A DNA stretch of 30,737 bases, taken from positions 1-30,737 of IMG/VR virus record IMGVR_UViG_3300035670_000933. One strand, given 5' to 3'. Source of the stretch: a virus (Duplodnaviria; Caudoviricetes). Under the pieces are notes generated by a model, which saw only the letters and a list, made by a program, of their open reading frames with translations, was not told the DNA's origin and did not search any database. Below are positions 1-8,431 of this stretch, in pieces (the first letter of the stretch is position 1; the number at the start of each line of letters is the position of its first letter). The translations under genes and the position numbers were made by a program.

Positions 1-11
1 TCCGAAAAGTT

Positions 12-812
12 TCATTTCGTGCCTCGTTTCGAGTGCTCGACTCGTTCGCGGAAATACCTCAACGCGGTTTCGAGTTCTTCAGTCGGTCTGTGCTCTAGTA
101 AGGCTACTACGTCTTCTTCCGTTTTTCCTGTTAGGAAGAGCGCCGCAACTGTGTTTAAAGTCGCGTCGTACTTAACATATAACGGATTAACTAAAGGCTT
201 TACTTCGTGCTCTTCGAGTTCGTCGAGATATCTTCCCTGATTAAGCCACGTAGCAGGGTGGCAGAAGTATTTAGCGTCGGTTACGGAGCGCTTATAACGC
301 TCGACGGACGCTAGGAACTCGTCGAAATTCGGAGCGTCTTCCTTTTCGAAGATTCGTTTAAAAGAACGGAAGGCGGCAGACTTTCCAATTCGTCGCGGAT
401 ACGTTTTCCAAAACGTATCGAAATTGGCGGTCAATATTGACGGTTCTTGACGGTTCTTTATATAGGAGTCGTTTACGTCGGAGTTACGCCTTTCTGACTT
501 CGTAGTTACGCCTTTCTCTAAAACGGGATTCTCCAAAGGCTCCTTTGTAGTTACACCTTTAAGCACGTATTCAGAACGGTGTCCTCTTCCGTTACCACGC
601 TCGACGACCTCTAATAAGCCGCTCTTAACGAGTTCTTTAATAACGAGACGAACGTACGTATCCGTACAACGTGCTTTTCTAGCGAGCGTCTTCTGCGACG
701 GGAAACAGTACCCTTCGTCGTTCGCGAAATCCGCGAGCGCGAGGTGTATTAGTAACTTCTCGCCGCGATAAGGAGAGCGCTCCCAAACGTGCGTTATCCA
801 CCTAATCGACAT
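12..812 (-). CDS. Phage replication initiator (N-terminal winged HTH, replisome-organizer type)
   Basis: N-terminus LALADFANDEGYCFPSQKTLARKA is typical of HTH_36-type initiators. C-terminal FDTFWKTYPRRIGK...HPATWLNQGRY domain. Internal DNA repeats in the linker. Confidence 0.85.
   Translation of the reverse strand: MSIRWITHVWERSPYRGEKLLIHLALADFANDEGYCFPSQKTLARKARCTDTYVRLVIKELVKSGLLEVVERGNGRGHRSEYVLKGVTTKEPLENPVLEKGVTTKSERRNSDVNDSYIKNRQEPSILTANFDTFWKTYPRRIGKSAAFRSFKRIFEKEDAPNFDEFLASVERYKRSVTDAKYFCHPATWLNQGRYLDELEEHEVKPLVNPLYVKYDATLNTVAALFLTGKTEEDVVALLEHRPTEELETALRYFRERVEHSKRGTK
437..560. repeat. Iteron-like direct repeats, putative replication origin inside the initiator gene
   Basis: AGTTACGCCTTTCT at 482-495 and 504-517; AGTTACACCTTT at 549-560; TTGACGGTTC tandem at 437-446 and 447-456, followed by TTTATATA. 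Confidence 0.65.
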
Positions 813-835
813 ACTTCCTCCTTCTTCTCTTTCAG

Positions 836-1294
836 TTATTTCAGTAAGTCGAGAGCACCTAAAAGCGTTCGGAACTCCGATAATCGAATTAAAACGATTC
901 CGTCCGTCGTCTCGTCAGGCATAGCGACCATAACGAAAGGACGTATATCGCCTACCGCTTTCGACTGCTTCGACTGATTCTCCGCCGCATAGAACCGTGT
1001 AGCGATAGGTGCTACCTGCGCTCCAGCCTTTACTTCGAGTCGCAGGTGTCCTGCCCAATGCTCCTCGTGGCGGCTATTAGCGCCTGCGATACCTAGCGCC
1101 TTACGCGCTCTACGAGCCTTAGCGTCACCTTTACTACGGTTCCTCTTCCCTCGTGCCGCAGGGTCGTTACAGCCGCGAACGCGACGCTTACCGTCTCTCG
1201 CAGGACGTCCTAACGTGCCGAAAAGCGGACAGTTCGGTTCCTTACACTTCTCGCGATTACCTTCGCAGTAATCCTTATCTTTAAGAAGCGTCAC
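836..1294 (-). CDS. Putative Holliday junction resolvase-like PD-(D/E)xK protein with Cys-rich N-terminus
   Basis: GKRNRSKG...LEVKAG pattern; position beside the initiator. GTG start at 1294 overlaps the whiB stop (GTGA) and has a GAAGGAAGG RBS. Confidence 0.5.
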   Translation of the reverse strand: MTLLKDKDYCEGNREKCKEPNCPLFGTLGRPARDGKRRVRGCNDPAARGKRNRSKGDAKARRARKALGIAGANSRHEEHWAGHLRLEVKAGAQVAPIATRFYAAENQSKQSKAVGDIRPFVMVAMPDETTDGIVLIRLSEFRTLLGALDLLK

Positions 1295-1542
1295 GTTACC
1301 TTCCTTCCGTTTCGTTTTTTCCGCTCGTAAATACGTTCGGCAGGAGTTAAGCCGCCGTAGACACCCCACCTATCTTCGAACGCTTCGAGATGAAGAACGA
1401 GTTTTAGACACGGCTCTTTTTCGGTACACGTAGCGCATACCGCTTTAGCCGCGTCAAATTTCTTCTCGCTAACTCCACGAGGAAAAAATACTTCCGTCTT
1501 TAAGCCTCTACAGGCGGCGCGTTCCTGCCAACTAAGGTTCAC
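1291..1542 (-). CDS. whiB: WhiB family Fe-S transcription factor
   Basis: WQERAAC...FFP...AKAVCATCTEKEPC...WGVYGGLTPAER has the four Cys and the G(V/I)(W/Y)GG motif. Likely GTG start at 1542 (the ORF track starts at 1560). Confidence 0.92.
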   Translation of the reverse strand: MNLSWQERAACRGLKTEVFFPRGVSEKKFDAAKAVCATCTEKEPCLKLVLHLEAFEDRWGVYGGLTPAERIYERKKRNGRKVT

Positions 1543-1735
1543 GATAAATCGTCTCAGCAATAGGAAAGTGCTCTTCTATCTCCCTGTTTATTTCTTTCCG
1601 TTTATAGACATACTCGCGAAGCGCTTCGAGAGATAGCCGTTCCGTACCGTCGAAACGAACTACCTCCTCTGCGGCACGAAAAAGACGCGCCTCTATTTCT
1701 GCTCGCTCGTAAAGGAGATTAGAAATGCTGGTCAT
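1532..1735 (-). CDS. Hypothetical protein
   Basis: 67-aa ORF overlapping both neighbours in the operon. Confidence 0.7.
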   Translation of the reverse strand: MTSISNLLYERAEIEARLFRAAEEVVRFDGTERLSLEALREYVYKRKEINREIEEHFPIAETIYREP

Positions 1736-2360
1736 CTTGTACGTCCTCTACTTTCTCCGCCATAAGCGCGGTTATTACTTTCGAGGCTTCGACTTTAGTA
1801 ATCGCCGTAGCCGTCTTCGTCGTATCTTCGAGGAGCACCTGAACGAACTGGTCAATATTCGCCACGTTCTTTTCCTTCGCGAGTTTCTTAATCAGTCCTA
1901 GTTGCGCGGACGAAGCCGACGAGGAGAGAGCGGTTACGGACGCTCCTTCGCTCTTCGCCTGCGTACGAGGCTTATACGGGGTCTTAGGTGCTTCCTTTAC
2001 GGCGTCCTCTGTCTGGCGGTTACGAACCTCTTCGAGCGACGCGACGCGTTGCGTATCGGCTACGAGGAGAGCGACTATGGCTCTTCCCCACGCGCTCGTC
2101 TCCGCGTTCATTACTTCGGAGTCACGCGTAAAGTTTGTCTTACCTACCGCAGGCTCCGCCGCTACCGCTACTGCTGGAAGCGTGTCCTCTGGCGAACGGT
2201 ACGCCGCCGCCGTGTAAATAATGAATTCTCGTCCGCCGATTTCCATAACGCGGAAAGGTTCAGCAGGATTAAACGGACGAAGACACCCGTTCGGGTACTT
2301 TGCTCGAAACTCGCGAATACGCTCCGCTACGTCTACGTAGCCTTCCATTGAGTAACTCAT
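1719..2360 (-). CDS. Single-strand annealing protein (Rad52/Sak-like recombinase)
   Basis: YVDVAERI...NAETSAWGRAI motif; directly downstream of a YqaJ exonuclease, the usual exonuclease+SSAP pair. Confidence 0.7.
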   Translation of the reverse strand: MSYSMEGYVDVAERIREFRAKYPNGCLRPFNPAEPFRVMEIGGREFIIYTAAAYRSPEDTLPAVAVAAEPAVGKTNFTRDSEVMNAETSAWGRAIVALLVADTQRVASLEEVRNRQTEDAVKEAPKTPYKPRTQAKSEGASVTALSSSASSAQLGLIKKLAKEKNVANIDQFVQVLLEDTTKTATAITKVEASKVITALMAEKVEDVQDDQHF

Positions 2361-2372
2361 TTCCTTCTCTCC

Positions 2373-3320
2373 TTATCGGTAAGTCCGCATAACGCGGAAC
2401 GGTTTACTTTCTTTCTGGTATTTCTCGAAGACGTCAGGACACTCCTCTTGGAGTCTCTTCGCGTCTAGCGACTTTCTTCCCTGCTGTTCTTTCCACGAGA
2501 TAACGCGAACGCCGTTAATCGTTCCTTCGTCGTTATCTAAGAGGAGACGAGCGAGTTCGTCCTTTACCTGCTTCTCTATCTGCTCCGCCTCTTTCGCCAT
2601 AGTACGAGCGTTATCGAGTTCTTCGAGAAGCGTCGCCGCCTTTGACGGAAGTTCGATAGTCGTTCCTTTCGACGGGAAGAGTCGCGCTATCTGCTCCGCG
2701 TCGAACTCTTCGACGGAGCCGTTATACGGTTCGCCGTTATCGACGAGTGCTCCTAGACGTTCCGCTTCGTTAAGAAGCGTTTCTAAGAGAGCGTCGTTCT
2801 CTGGGAGTTCGAAGAGTCCGATATTGTCTCGCGAGTCGTGGACGATAAAGAAGACGGGAGCGCCTGTAAGGAAGCGTTCGATTTCTCCCTGTGCGAGCCA
2901 CTCTGAAGGGAAGTCTTCTACGCCGCGAATCGAATAGCGGCTTGTGTGCTTCGCCTCGACTACGACGGACGGATTCTCTACGTCGTCTACCGCGTCGAGC
3001 GAACCGCTCCAGCGCTGGCGTCGATAAACGACGTCAGGTGTTACGAGAGACTGCGAGAGCAGGCGAGACGCTTCGCTTACTAGGACAGGCTCGACGAGCG
3101 TTCCCCACCTCATAGCGCCGTTCGGTTCGACGACGATAGGAGCCGTCGCCTTCTCGTAGTAGAGGTCTGCGCGTGTCTTGTATTTCGAAAGTCCGATTAG
3201 TGCTCCAGCGTCAGACGCGCCGAAGGTACAACGAGAGAACTCGTCGCGCCAACGGTTAAGAAGCCACTCCGTACTTCCGTGTTCGCTCTTCGGACTAATC
3301 CGTAGTTCGTGATGTTTCAT
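2373..3320 (-). CDS. YqaJ-like viral recombinase exonuclease
   Basis: EWL..R...GASD, WGTLVEP, GSLDA, VEAK lambda-exonuclease motifs; C-terminal coiled coil ending in RVMRT. Confidence 0.88.
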   Translation of the reverse strand: MKHHELRISPKSEHGSTEWLLNRWRDEFSRCTFGASDAGALIGLSKYKTRADLYYEKATAPIVVEPNGAMRWGTLVEPVLVSEASRLLSQSLVTPDVVYRRQRWSGSLDAVDDVENPSVVVEAKHTSRYSIRGVEDFPSEWLAQGEIERFLTGAPVFFIVHDSRDNIGLFELPENDALLETLLNEAERLGALVDNGEPYNGSVEEFDAEQIARLFPSKGTTIELPSKAATLLEELDNARTMAKEAEQIEKQVKDELARLLLDNDEGTINGVRVISWKEQQGRKSLDAKRLQEECPDVFEKYQKESKPFRVMRTYR

Positions 3321-3415
3321 TACTGCTCCTTCTCTAGGTTCCTTCGAGTATTACGTGGGGGTGTTACAGAGTGCCAGAATCCTGTACCACGAATAACTAA
3401 GAGGTAGTTAGTCGT

Positions 3416-4144
3416 TTACTTAATAGGACGTTGGCGCGTTTCGGGTATCGGGAACTTAACGACGTCGAGCCGTAGCAACTGGCTAAGAATTACGTCGTCT
3501 ACGTGGTATCCCCACCGATTACCCGTAAGACTTCCGAACGAGATAGAGCACTTCCAACGCTTCTCCGTCGTCGTCTTCATAGCGTAGTAAAACTCGCGGT
3601 GGTGGCTATCTCCGTATTTCGGAGGACAAGCCGCGTGGCATAGTTCGTGGAGGAGCACCTTCCAAGAACGCGCCTCGTGAAAGCGTCCTGATTCGAACGG
3701 AACGAGCCGTAACGTAATTTCTCCCGAAGAGAAGAATCCTCCTCCCTGCCAATGACCGCTCGCACCTCGCGTCTGTCGCGTATCGGTAATAACGATTCGA
3801 GGAATCGGCTTACCCTTGTGGTACGGCGTAAGAAGTTTCCAGAGTCGTTCCGCTTCGACCTGAATTAACTTCTCGCGCTTCTTAACGAGTCGCTCGTTCG
3901 CGGTAACTCGTCCACGTCGAGCCGCTTCCTTCTGCCGCTTCTTCTTCGAGCGCTCCTGAGTCCTCGCAGTCTGCGCTTCTCTCTTCTTCTCTAGTGACGG
4001 TGCGACCTTCTCTACGAGTCTTCCCGTCTTCGCGGAGCACGAGAGGCAGTATCGCCGTACGTCGTCGCGACGCGGCTTCGTCGGCGCTAGTCCTCCTTCT
4101 CCGCAAGTTAGGCACGTCCACCGCGCCTGTCGTTTAGTAGCCAC
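3416..4144 (-). CDS. SprT-like zinc metalloprotease domain protein with N-terminal Cys4 finger
   Basis: LLHELCH...HHREF (HExxH plus a third His); CLTC...CLSC at the N-terminus. Confidence 0.65.
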   Translation of the reverse strand: MATKRQARWTCLTCGEGGLAPTKPRRDDVRRYCLSCSAKTGRLVEKVAPSLEKKREAQTARTQERSKKKRQKEAARRGRVTANERLVKKREKLIQVEAERLWKLLTPYHKGKPIPRIVITDTRQTRGASGHWQGGGFFSSGEITLRLVPFESGRFHEARSWKVLLHELCHAACPPKYGDSHHREFYYAMKTTTEKRWKCSISFGSLTGNRWGYHVDDVILSQLLRLDVVKFPIPETRQRPIK

Positions 4145-4204
4145 CTTGTCCTCCTTCTCAGAACGGTGATATAAATATCTGGCTGTTATCGAATTCGTTT
4201 CTAG

Positions 4205-4360
4205 TTAGGCGCTCTTGCGAATCGCGTCCATACGGACGAGTTTCGAAGAGTGCGTATTTGGATTACGACAGTAGGCGTCTCGCAGGCGAACGTCGGACTC
4301 GACGATTCGACCACAATGAGAGCACCTGAAAGCGCTTCCGCGATTCCTTCTCTTCTTCAT
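4205..4360 (-). CDS. Small C3H zinc-finger peptide (51 aa, not in ORF track)
   Basis: MKKRRNRGSAFRCSHCGRIVESDVRLRDAYCRNPNTHSSKLVRMDAIRKSA; strong RBS GGAGGAACCT-ATG. Confidence 0.75.
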   Translation of the reverse strand: MKKRRNRGSAFRCSHCGRIVESDVRLRDAYCRNPNTHSSKLVRMDAIRKSA

Positions 4361-4381
4361 AGGTTCCTCCTTCCTACGTCA

Positions 4382-4545
4382 ATTCTAGCGTGTCGTGTTT
4401 TTGCGATTTCTGAAAAACACCTGTTTCAGATACGTTCGGAAAAAATCAACCGCGTAAACACTCGTCCAAAAAATTTACAAAAAATTTCGCCCACCGTTTT
4501 TCGTGTTCGCGTCGGGAGCGTCCGCCGCGCTAGAAAAATCTGACG
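4382..4545 (-). promoter_or_regulatory. A/T-tract-rich non-coding control region with putative promoter for the recombination/replication operon
   Basis: TAGAAT -10 box on the minus strand at 4387-4382; inverted repeat TCTGAAA-N8-TTTCAGA at 4409-4430; CAAAAAATTT at 4467 and 4478. Confidence 0.55.
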
Positions 4546-4556
4546 CGACGGACGAC

Positions 4557-4823
4557 TTACCCGACACTCTGCGGAGAAGGAGGACGCAGAGCGCTTTCTG
4601 AGATTACAGCCAGGCGCGTGACCATAGCAACGGGAATACAAAGAACGGAGTCGAAGCACTCCGCCGCATTAGAAGACTGAGCAATAACTACGTGGTGAGG
4701 TTTAGCGTCTTCGAGCAGGAAGCCGACGCTTACCGTTCGCATAGGTTCTTGGTCGATATCTTCCGTAGTTATCCAAGACGTCGATTCCGAATACGCGTCG
4801 TTCCACTCTACGAGCACTATCAC
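4557..4823 (-). CDS. Conserved phage hypothetical protein
   Basis: VEWNDA...SVGFL...IP pattern common in phage genomes; coupled to the upstream gene. Confidence 0.75.
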   Translation of the reverse strand: MIVLVEWNDAYSESTSWITTEDIDQEPMRTVSVGFLLEDAKPHHVVIAQSSNAAECFDSVLCIPVAMVTRLAVISESALRPPSPQSVG

Positions 4824-4825
4824 GA

Positions 4826-5890
4826 CTACCAGCCTTCGCGTTTCCTGTCCTGAACGAATACGGGAGCCTGAAAGGTAATTCCCTTATCAGGAGCGACGAG
4901 CGCAAGCGCCTGCTGAGGCACTTCGTAGGCGAACGAATTCAGATAGGCGTATTCGTCATAGCCTTTTAGAGAACCGTTAATAATAAGAGAAGGCGTCGAG
5001 ATGTATTGGTGCCAATGTCCTAGCCAAAGCGTTTGGAAACTTCCGTACGTCGCTAAATACCGTTGCGCTTTACGTGCTCGCAGTCGCATAATCGGCGGAT
5101 AGATACCACCGATTCCTCCTCCTCCGCTCGCTTGGTCGCCGTGAGTTAAAAGGTGTCCTTGTCCGTAGATAGTTAGAAGCGCGTCGGCGCTCTCAGGAAT
5201 CTGGAACGTGAACCGCTTGTCTCTAACGAACTCGCGAAGAAGGAGTTGCGATAGGAGCCAGTCGAAGTTCGTACGAACTCGTAACTTCGCTCGTGGCTTC
5301 CTGCTCGTTCTTCCGTGATTACCTACGACGGAGACAACGTGAACCTTTTTAAATTCGGTAGCGAGAAGGTCGAAAGCGGCGGCGAGACGTTCAGCCCAAT
5401 AGAGGAGGCTCGACATAATCGGCTCTTCGTTCGTCTCCGAAAGTTCTTCGTGGATATCTCCCGAAAACATATCGCCACCTAGAAGCACTACTACGCCGTC
5501 ATAGGAAACGCCTGAGAGATAATGCCGCGAAAGTTTTACGACGTTCTCTGTCCACTTCTTTAAACGAAGTTCCGCGATAGTGCGGTTGTACGCGTTTAAT
5601 CCGTCTACTTCTTCTGGATTAACTACCTCGTCTAGGTGAAGGTCTGAGAGCATTACTACGAGAGTCGCCGCGCTCTTCTTCGGCTTTTCTGGAGCGAGCC
5701 ACTTAGGACGCGAAAGTTCTAGCGCTTCTACTTTCTCGATTACTTCGAGAGAACGGCGAAGCGTCTCGTTCTCTTCGGTAAGACGAACCGATTTATCTAT
5801 AGCGGCGTCTCGTTCCCTTCGAAGCCGTGTCGTCTCTATCGCGTTCGTTTCGGCTAGTTCCTGCTCTAACTCGTCTTTAAATGACGTCAT
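4826..5890 (-). CDS. Calcineurin-like metallophosphoesterase
   Basis: SDLH, GGD, GNHGR, THGD and GHWH motifs; N-terminal coiled coil. Confidence 0.88.
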   Translation of the reverse strand: MTSFKDELEQELAETNAIETTRLRRERDAAIDKSVRLTEENETLRRSLEVIEKVEALELSRPKWLAPEKPKKSAATLVVMLSDLHLDEVVNPEEVDGLNAYNRTIAELRLKKWTENVVKLSRHYLSGVSYDGVVVLLGGDMFSGDIHEELSETNEEPIMSSLLYWAERLAAAFDLLATEFKKVHVVSVVGNHGRTSRKPRAKLRVRTNFDWLLSQLLLREFVRDKRFTFQIPESADALLTIYGQGHLLTHGDQASGGGGIGGIYPPIMRLRARKAQRYLATYGSFQTLWLGHWHQYISTPSLIINGSLKGYDEYAYLNSFAYEVPQQALALVAPDKGITFQAPVFVQDRKREGW

Positions 5891-6116
5891 CTAAAATCTC
5901 TCCGTTTCTCGCACGAGCCAAAGACGTTCGAGAGATACGAATTCCGTACGTTTCGAGAACTCGTCGAATCGCCTCTAGTGAAATGCTCTTATCGTGAACT
6001 GCGGTAACGAAGTCTTCTCGTTCAGACTCAGGAAGTGCTTCGTATGCTTTCCTGAAATGGCTTTTATGTTTTAGTTTCGGCGGTTCGTTTTTAACCTTCT
6101 CTAGAAACTTTCCCAT
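5877..6116 (-). CDS. Hypothetical protein, possible HTH
   Basis: 79 aa; ISLEAIRRVL...ISRTSLARAR; overlaps both neighbours. Confidence 0.65.
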   Translation of the reverse strand: MGKFLEKVKNEPPKLKHKSHFRKAYEALPESEREDFVTAVHDKSISLEAIRRVLETYGIRISRTSLARARNGEILDDVI

Positions 6117-6315
6117 AGTCGTTCGCGTGACCTTCTAAATGACGGTCTAGTTTTTCGTCTACCCGAATAATTGACCTGTGGATAAAACGAAGATTCTCTA
6201 CAACCGTTGCGTGGTCTTCGCGGTTCTCCTTCCTGAACTGTTGTAAAACGACTCCTAAGAGTCCTCCTACCGTCGTAATAACAGCCACAATGATAGCCGC
6301 CTGCTCCGCGCTCAT
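6091..6315 (-). CDS. Small membrane protein of the lysis cassette
   Basis: One N-terminal TM helix followed by a coiled coil ending KLDRHLEGH; immediately after the endolysin. Confidence 0.7.
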   Translation of the reverse strand: MSAEQAAIIVAVITTVGGLLGVVLQQFRKENREDHATVVENLRFIHRSIIRVDEKLDRHLEGHANDYGKVSREG

Positions 6316-6321
6316 AGCGGA

Positions 6322-6831
6322 TTACTCCGAATCGGCGTCGTTCGGGAACATCTTCCTAAACGCCTCGCGAATAGCCTTCGGATTATCGGCAACGGCTGGA
6401 GAGAGTTCTACGTGAATCCAGTCGCCATTTGGCGCTCCCGTAATCGTCGGCTTCTTATAGTTCTCCCACGTGCCTCTATCGCAACGCCAGCCGCGTCCGA
6501 AAGGAGCCACCCAATAATCCAGAATTAGTTCGATTCCTAGAGCCTCCGCATTAGACGGAATAGTTAAGAGGTCGAGCCACTCGCTCGCTATCTTGCGTCC
6601 GTTCGGAACTCCTTTATTAGCCATTTTTCTATAAGAGAGGTCTACCGCTCTTCCCGTTGCGTGAACACTCATAGAGTCTTTACCGCGCTTAGGACGATTC
6701 GCGAACGTACCGTTATCCCAAAGAGCACGATTAGAACGCCGTTCGATTTGATTAACGAACGCTATAAGTCCTAGACGAGCCGCGTTCGTAGGACTAATAC
6801 CGTCCGCAATACCTGTATATTTACGAGCCAT
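6322..6831 (-). CDS. Endolysin, peptidase M15-like (LAS) zinc peptidase
   Basis: R...SVHATGRAVD and DWIHVE motifs (SxH-x6-D...HxE/H). Confidence 0.8.
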   Translation of the reverse strand: MARKYTGIADGISPTNAARLGLIAFVNQIERRSNRALWDNGTFANRPKRGKDSMSVHATGRAVDLSYRKMANKGVPNGRKIASEWLDLLTIPSNAEALGIELILDYWVAPFGRGWRCDRGTWENYKKPTITGAPNGDWIHVELSPAVADNPKAIREAFRKMFPNDADSE

Positions 6832-7091
6832 TACGACTTCTTTCGCGCCTTCGAAGGAGCAGTATCGCGAAGCGCAAACGCGTTGTCGATTTCTTCCTTC
6901 GTAAGTTTCCCGTCAATAGAAGCCTTAGCCAATTTCTCTACGACGCTAGCAACGGCGACGAAGCCAGCGAGAGCGGCAGACTTCCAAACTTCGAGTTCAG
7001 GCGCGATAATCGCGCTACCCGTAATAATTCCAAGAGCACTCGAAACGAATAGCGCCGCGATTCTGCCAACGATATCTTTCCACTTATTCAT
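6831..7091 (-). CDS. Putative holin
   Basis: Two hydrophobic helices and a basic C-terminus; coupled to the endolysin (TAATG). Confidence 0.65.
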   Translation of the reverse strand: MNKWKDIVGRIAALFVSSALGIITGSAIIAPELEVWKSAALAGFVAVASVVEKLAKASIDGKLTKEEIDNAFALRDTAPSKARKKS

Positions 7092-7251
7092 CAGAGCCTC
7101 CGTCTAGGTAAGTCATTACTACGTGAAATGATATCGCAAGCGCCGTAATCCAGATACCTAAAGTCCGCGTAGAACCTGAAAGGGTAATTAAGACGAGTCC
7201 TGTTCCTGCCCATACCCAGACGTTCTCAGTTAAATAGTTAAGCCATTTCAT
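7084..7251 (-). CDS. Small two-TM membrane protein (55 aa, not in ORF track)
   Basis: MKWLNYLTENVWVWAGTGLVLITLSGSTRTLGIWITALAISFHVVMTYLDGGSDE; TAATG-coupled to the upstream gene. Confidence 0.7.
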   Translation of the reverse strand: MKWLNYLTENVWVWAGTGLVLITLSGSTRTLGIWITALAISFHVVMTYLDGGSDE

Positions 7252-8198
7252 TAGTGTCGCCTTCGAGGAGCAGGAAGAGGTGTCACAAAGAATACAGCAG
7301 ATACCGCGACGACGGTACGCCGTTCCGCTACAGAAATAGTCGAGCCTGAAGGAACGTAATCGTCATAGCCGCCGCTAAATACGTTTACTTCTTCTTCGAA
7401 CTTCTGCTTCTCTTCTACAGGTGCGTCTAGTGCTGGAGCGAAAAGAGTCGTAGACGTTTCGAGAAAGAGCGACGTCGAAGGAATCTCTTCGAGAATCGTA
7501 GACGTCTGGATACTCGTAGTCGTCTCGCTAATCGTCGTCGTAGTGCTCGTCGTAGTTCGAGGAGGAATCGTCGTAGGAGCGCTCGTAGACGTCTCTAAGA
7601 GGCTTATAGAGGTCGTAGAAGCAGGTTCGGTAGTAGTCGTAGTAGTAGTAGTAGTAGGCGGCTCTGTAGTCGTCGTAGGAGCCTCTGTAGTAGGCGAAGG
7701 AGGCACTTCCGTAGTCGTAGTAGCAGGCGGCGGAGCCTGAGTCGTCGTAGTGCTCGACGTCGTAGACGCGACCTCTGTAGTCGTAGAGGCAGGAGCCTGA
7801 GTCGTCGTAGGTGGCTCCGTAGTCGTAGGTGGCTCCGTAGTCGTCGTAGTCGTTTCTTCCGTCGTCGTAGACGCCTCTACTGTGGTAGTCGTTTCGCTAA
7901 CAGTCGTCGTAGAAGGCGGAACCGTAGTCGTAGTAGTGCTCGAAGTCGTCGTAGTTACTGACGCGCCGTAACTCCACGTATACGGCTCGCTAGGAGCACC
8001 GTTACGCCACGCCTCACAGTCGCTCCACGTAGGCATAAGACCAGCCTCGTAATCCGCTAACGGCTGTAACATCTGCCAATTCGTAGACGAATCTACGTAG
8101 CAAGTCCACGTGTTATACGACGCTTCCGCTTTCGCAGGAGCCGCTAACGCTAAAACGGCGGCAGGAAGAAAAACTATCGAACCGCTCCGCCATTTCAT
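7251..8198 (-). CDS. Secreted/membrane-anchored Thr/Pro/Ser-rich (mucin-like) protein
   Basis: Signal peptide (AAPAKA), small 2-Cys domain, about 165-aa poly-Thr stalk, C-terminal hydrophobic stretch followed by RRRH. Confidence 0.8.
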   Translation of the reverse strand: MKWRSGSIVFLPAAVLALAAPAKAEASYNTWTCYVDSSTNWQMLQPLADYEAGLMPTWSDCEAWRNGAPSEPYTWSYGASVTTTTSSTTTTTVPPSTTTVSETTTTVEASTTTEETTTTTTEPPTTTEPPTTTQAPASTTTEVASTTSSTTTTQAPPPATTTTEVPPSPTTEAPTTTTEPPTTTTTTTTTEPASTTSISLLETSTSAPTTIPPRTTTSTTTTISETTTSIQTSTILEEIPSTSLFLETSTTLFAPALDAPVEEKQKFEEEVNVFSGGYDDYVPSGSTISVAERRTVVAVSAVFFVTPLPAPRRRH

Positions 8199-8218
8199 AG
8201 CGGAAAGAATACTTCTAA

Positions 8219-8431
8219 TTACTCGTCTTCAGGCTTTAATTCTGGTGGAGGAGGCGGCTGTATTACGACTCCGTTCTTTACTTCCCAACCGATTCCAGCA
8301 GGATTTAAAGCGTCGTACTCAAGAAGGTGTTCTGGGTCGTCGTTAATCCACTCAAAGGCTTTTACGGAGATATTTACTACGATTCCGTCAGTCGTATTAG
8401 GTTCACACCACGCAACTAATCGTTCGCTCAT
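8219..8431 (-). CDS. Small tail-fibre-associated hypothetical protein
   Basis: ATG at 8431 overlaps the upstream stop (ATGA); AGIGW...PPPPP pattern typical after Gly-rich tail genes. Confidence 0.65.
   Translation of the reverse strand: MSERLVAWCEPNTTDGIVVNISVKAFEWINDDPEHLLEYDALNPAGIGWEVKNGVVIQPPPPPELKPEDE

Noticed and set aside
4250-4659. ORFs 4250..4543 (+) and 4426..4659 (-)
   Set aside because: They cross the A-tract non-coding region and overlap better-supported genes.
7500-7960. GTA/GTC triplet runs as a DNA repeat element or DGR variable region
   Set aside because: Explained by poly-Thr coding; there is no reverse transcriptase or template/variable repeat pair in the window.
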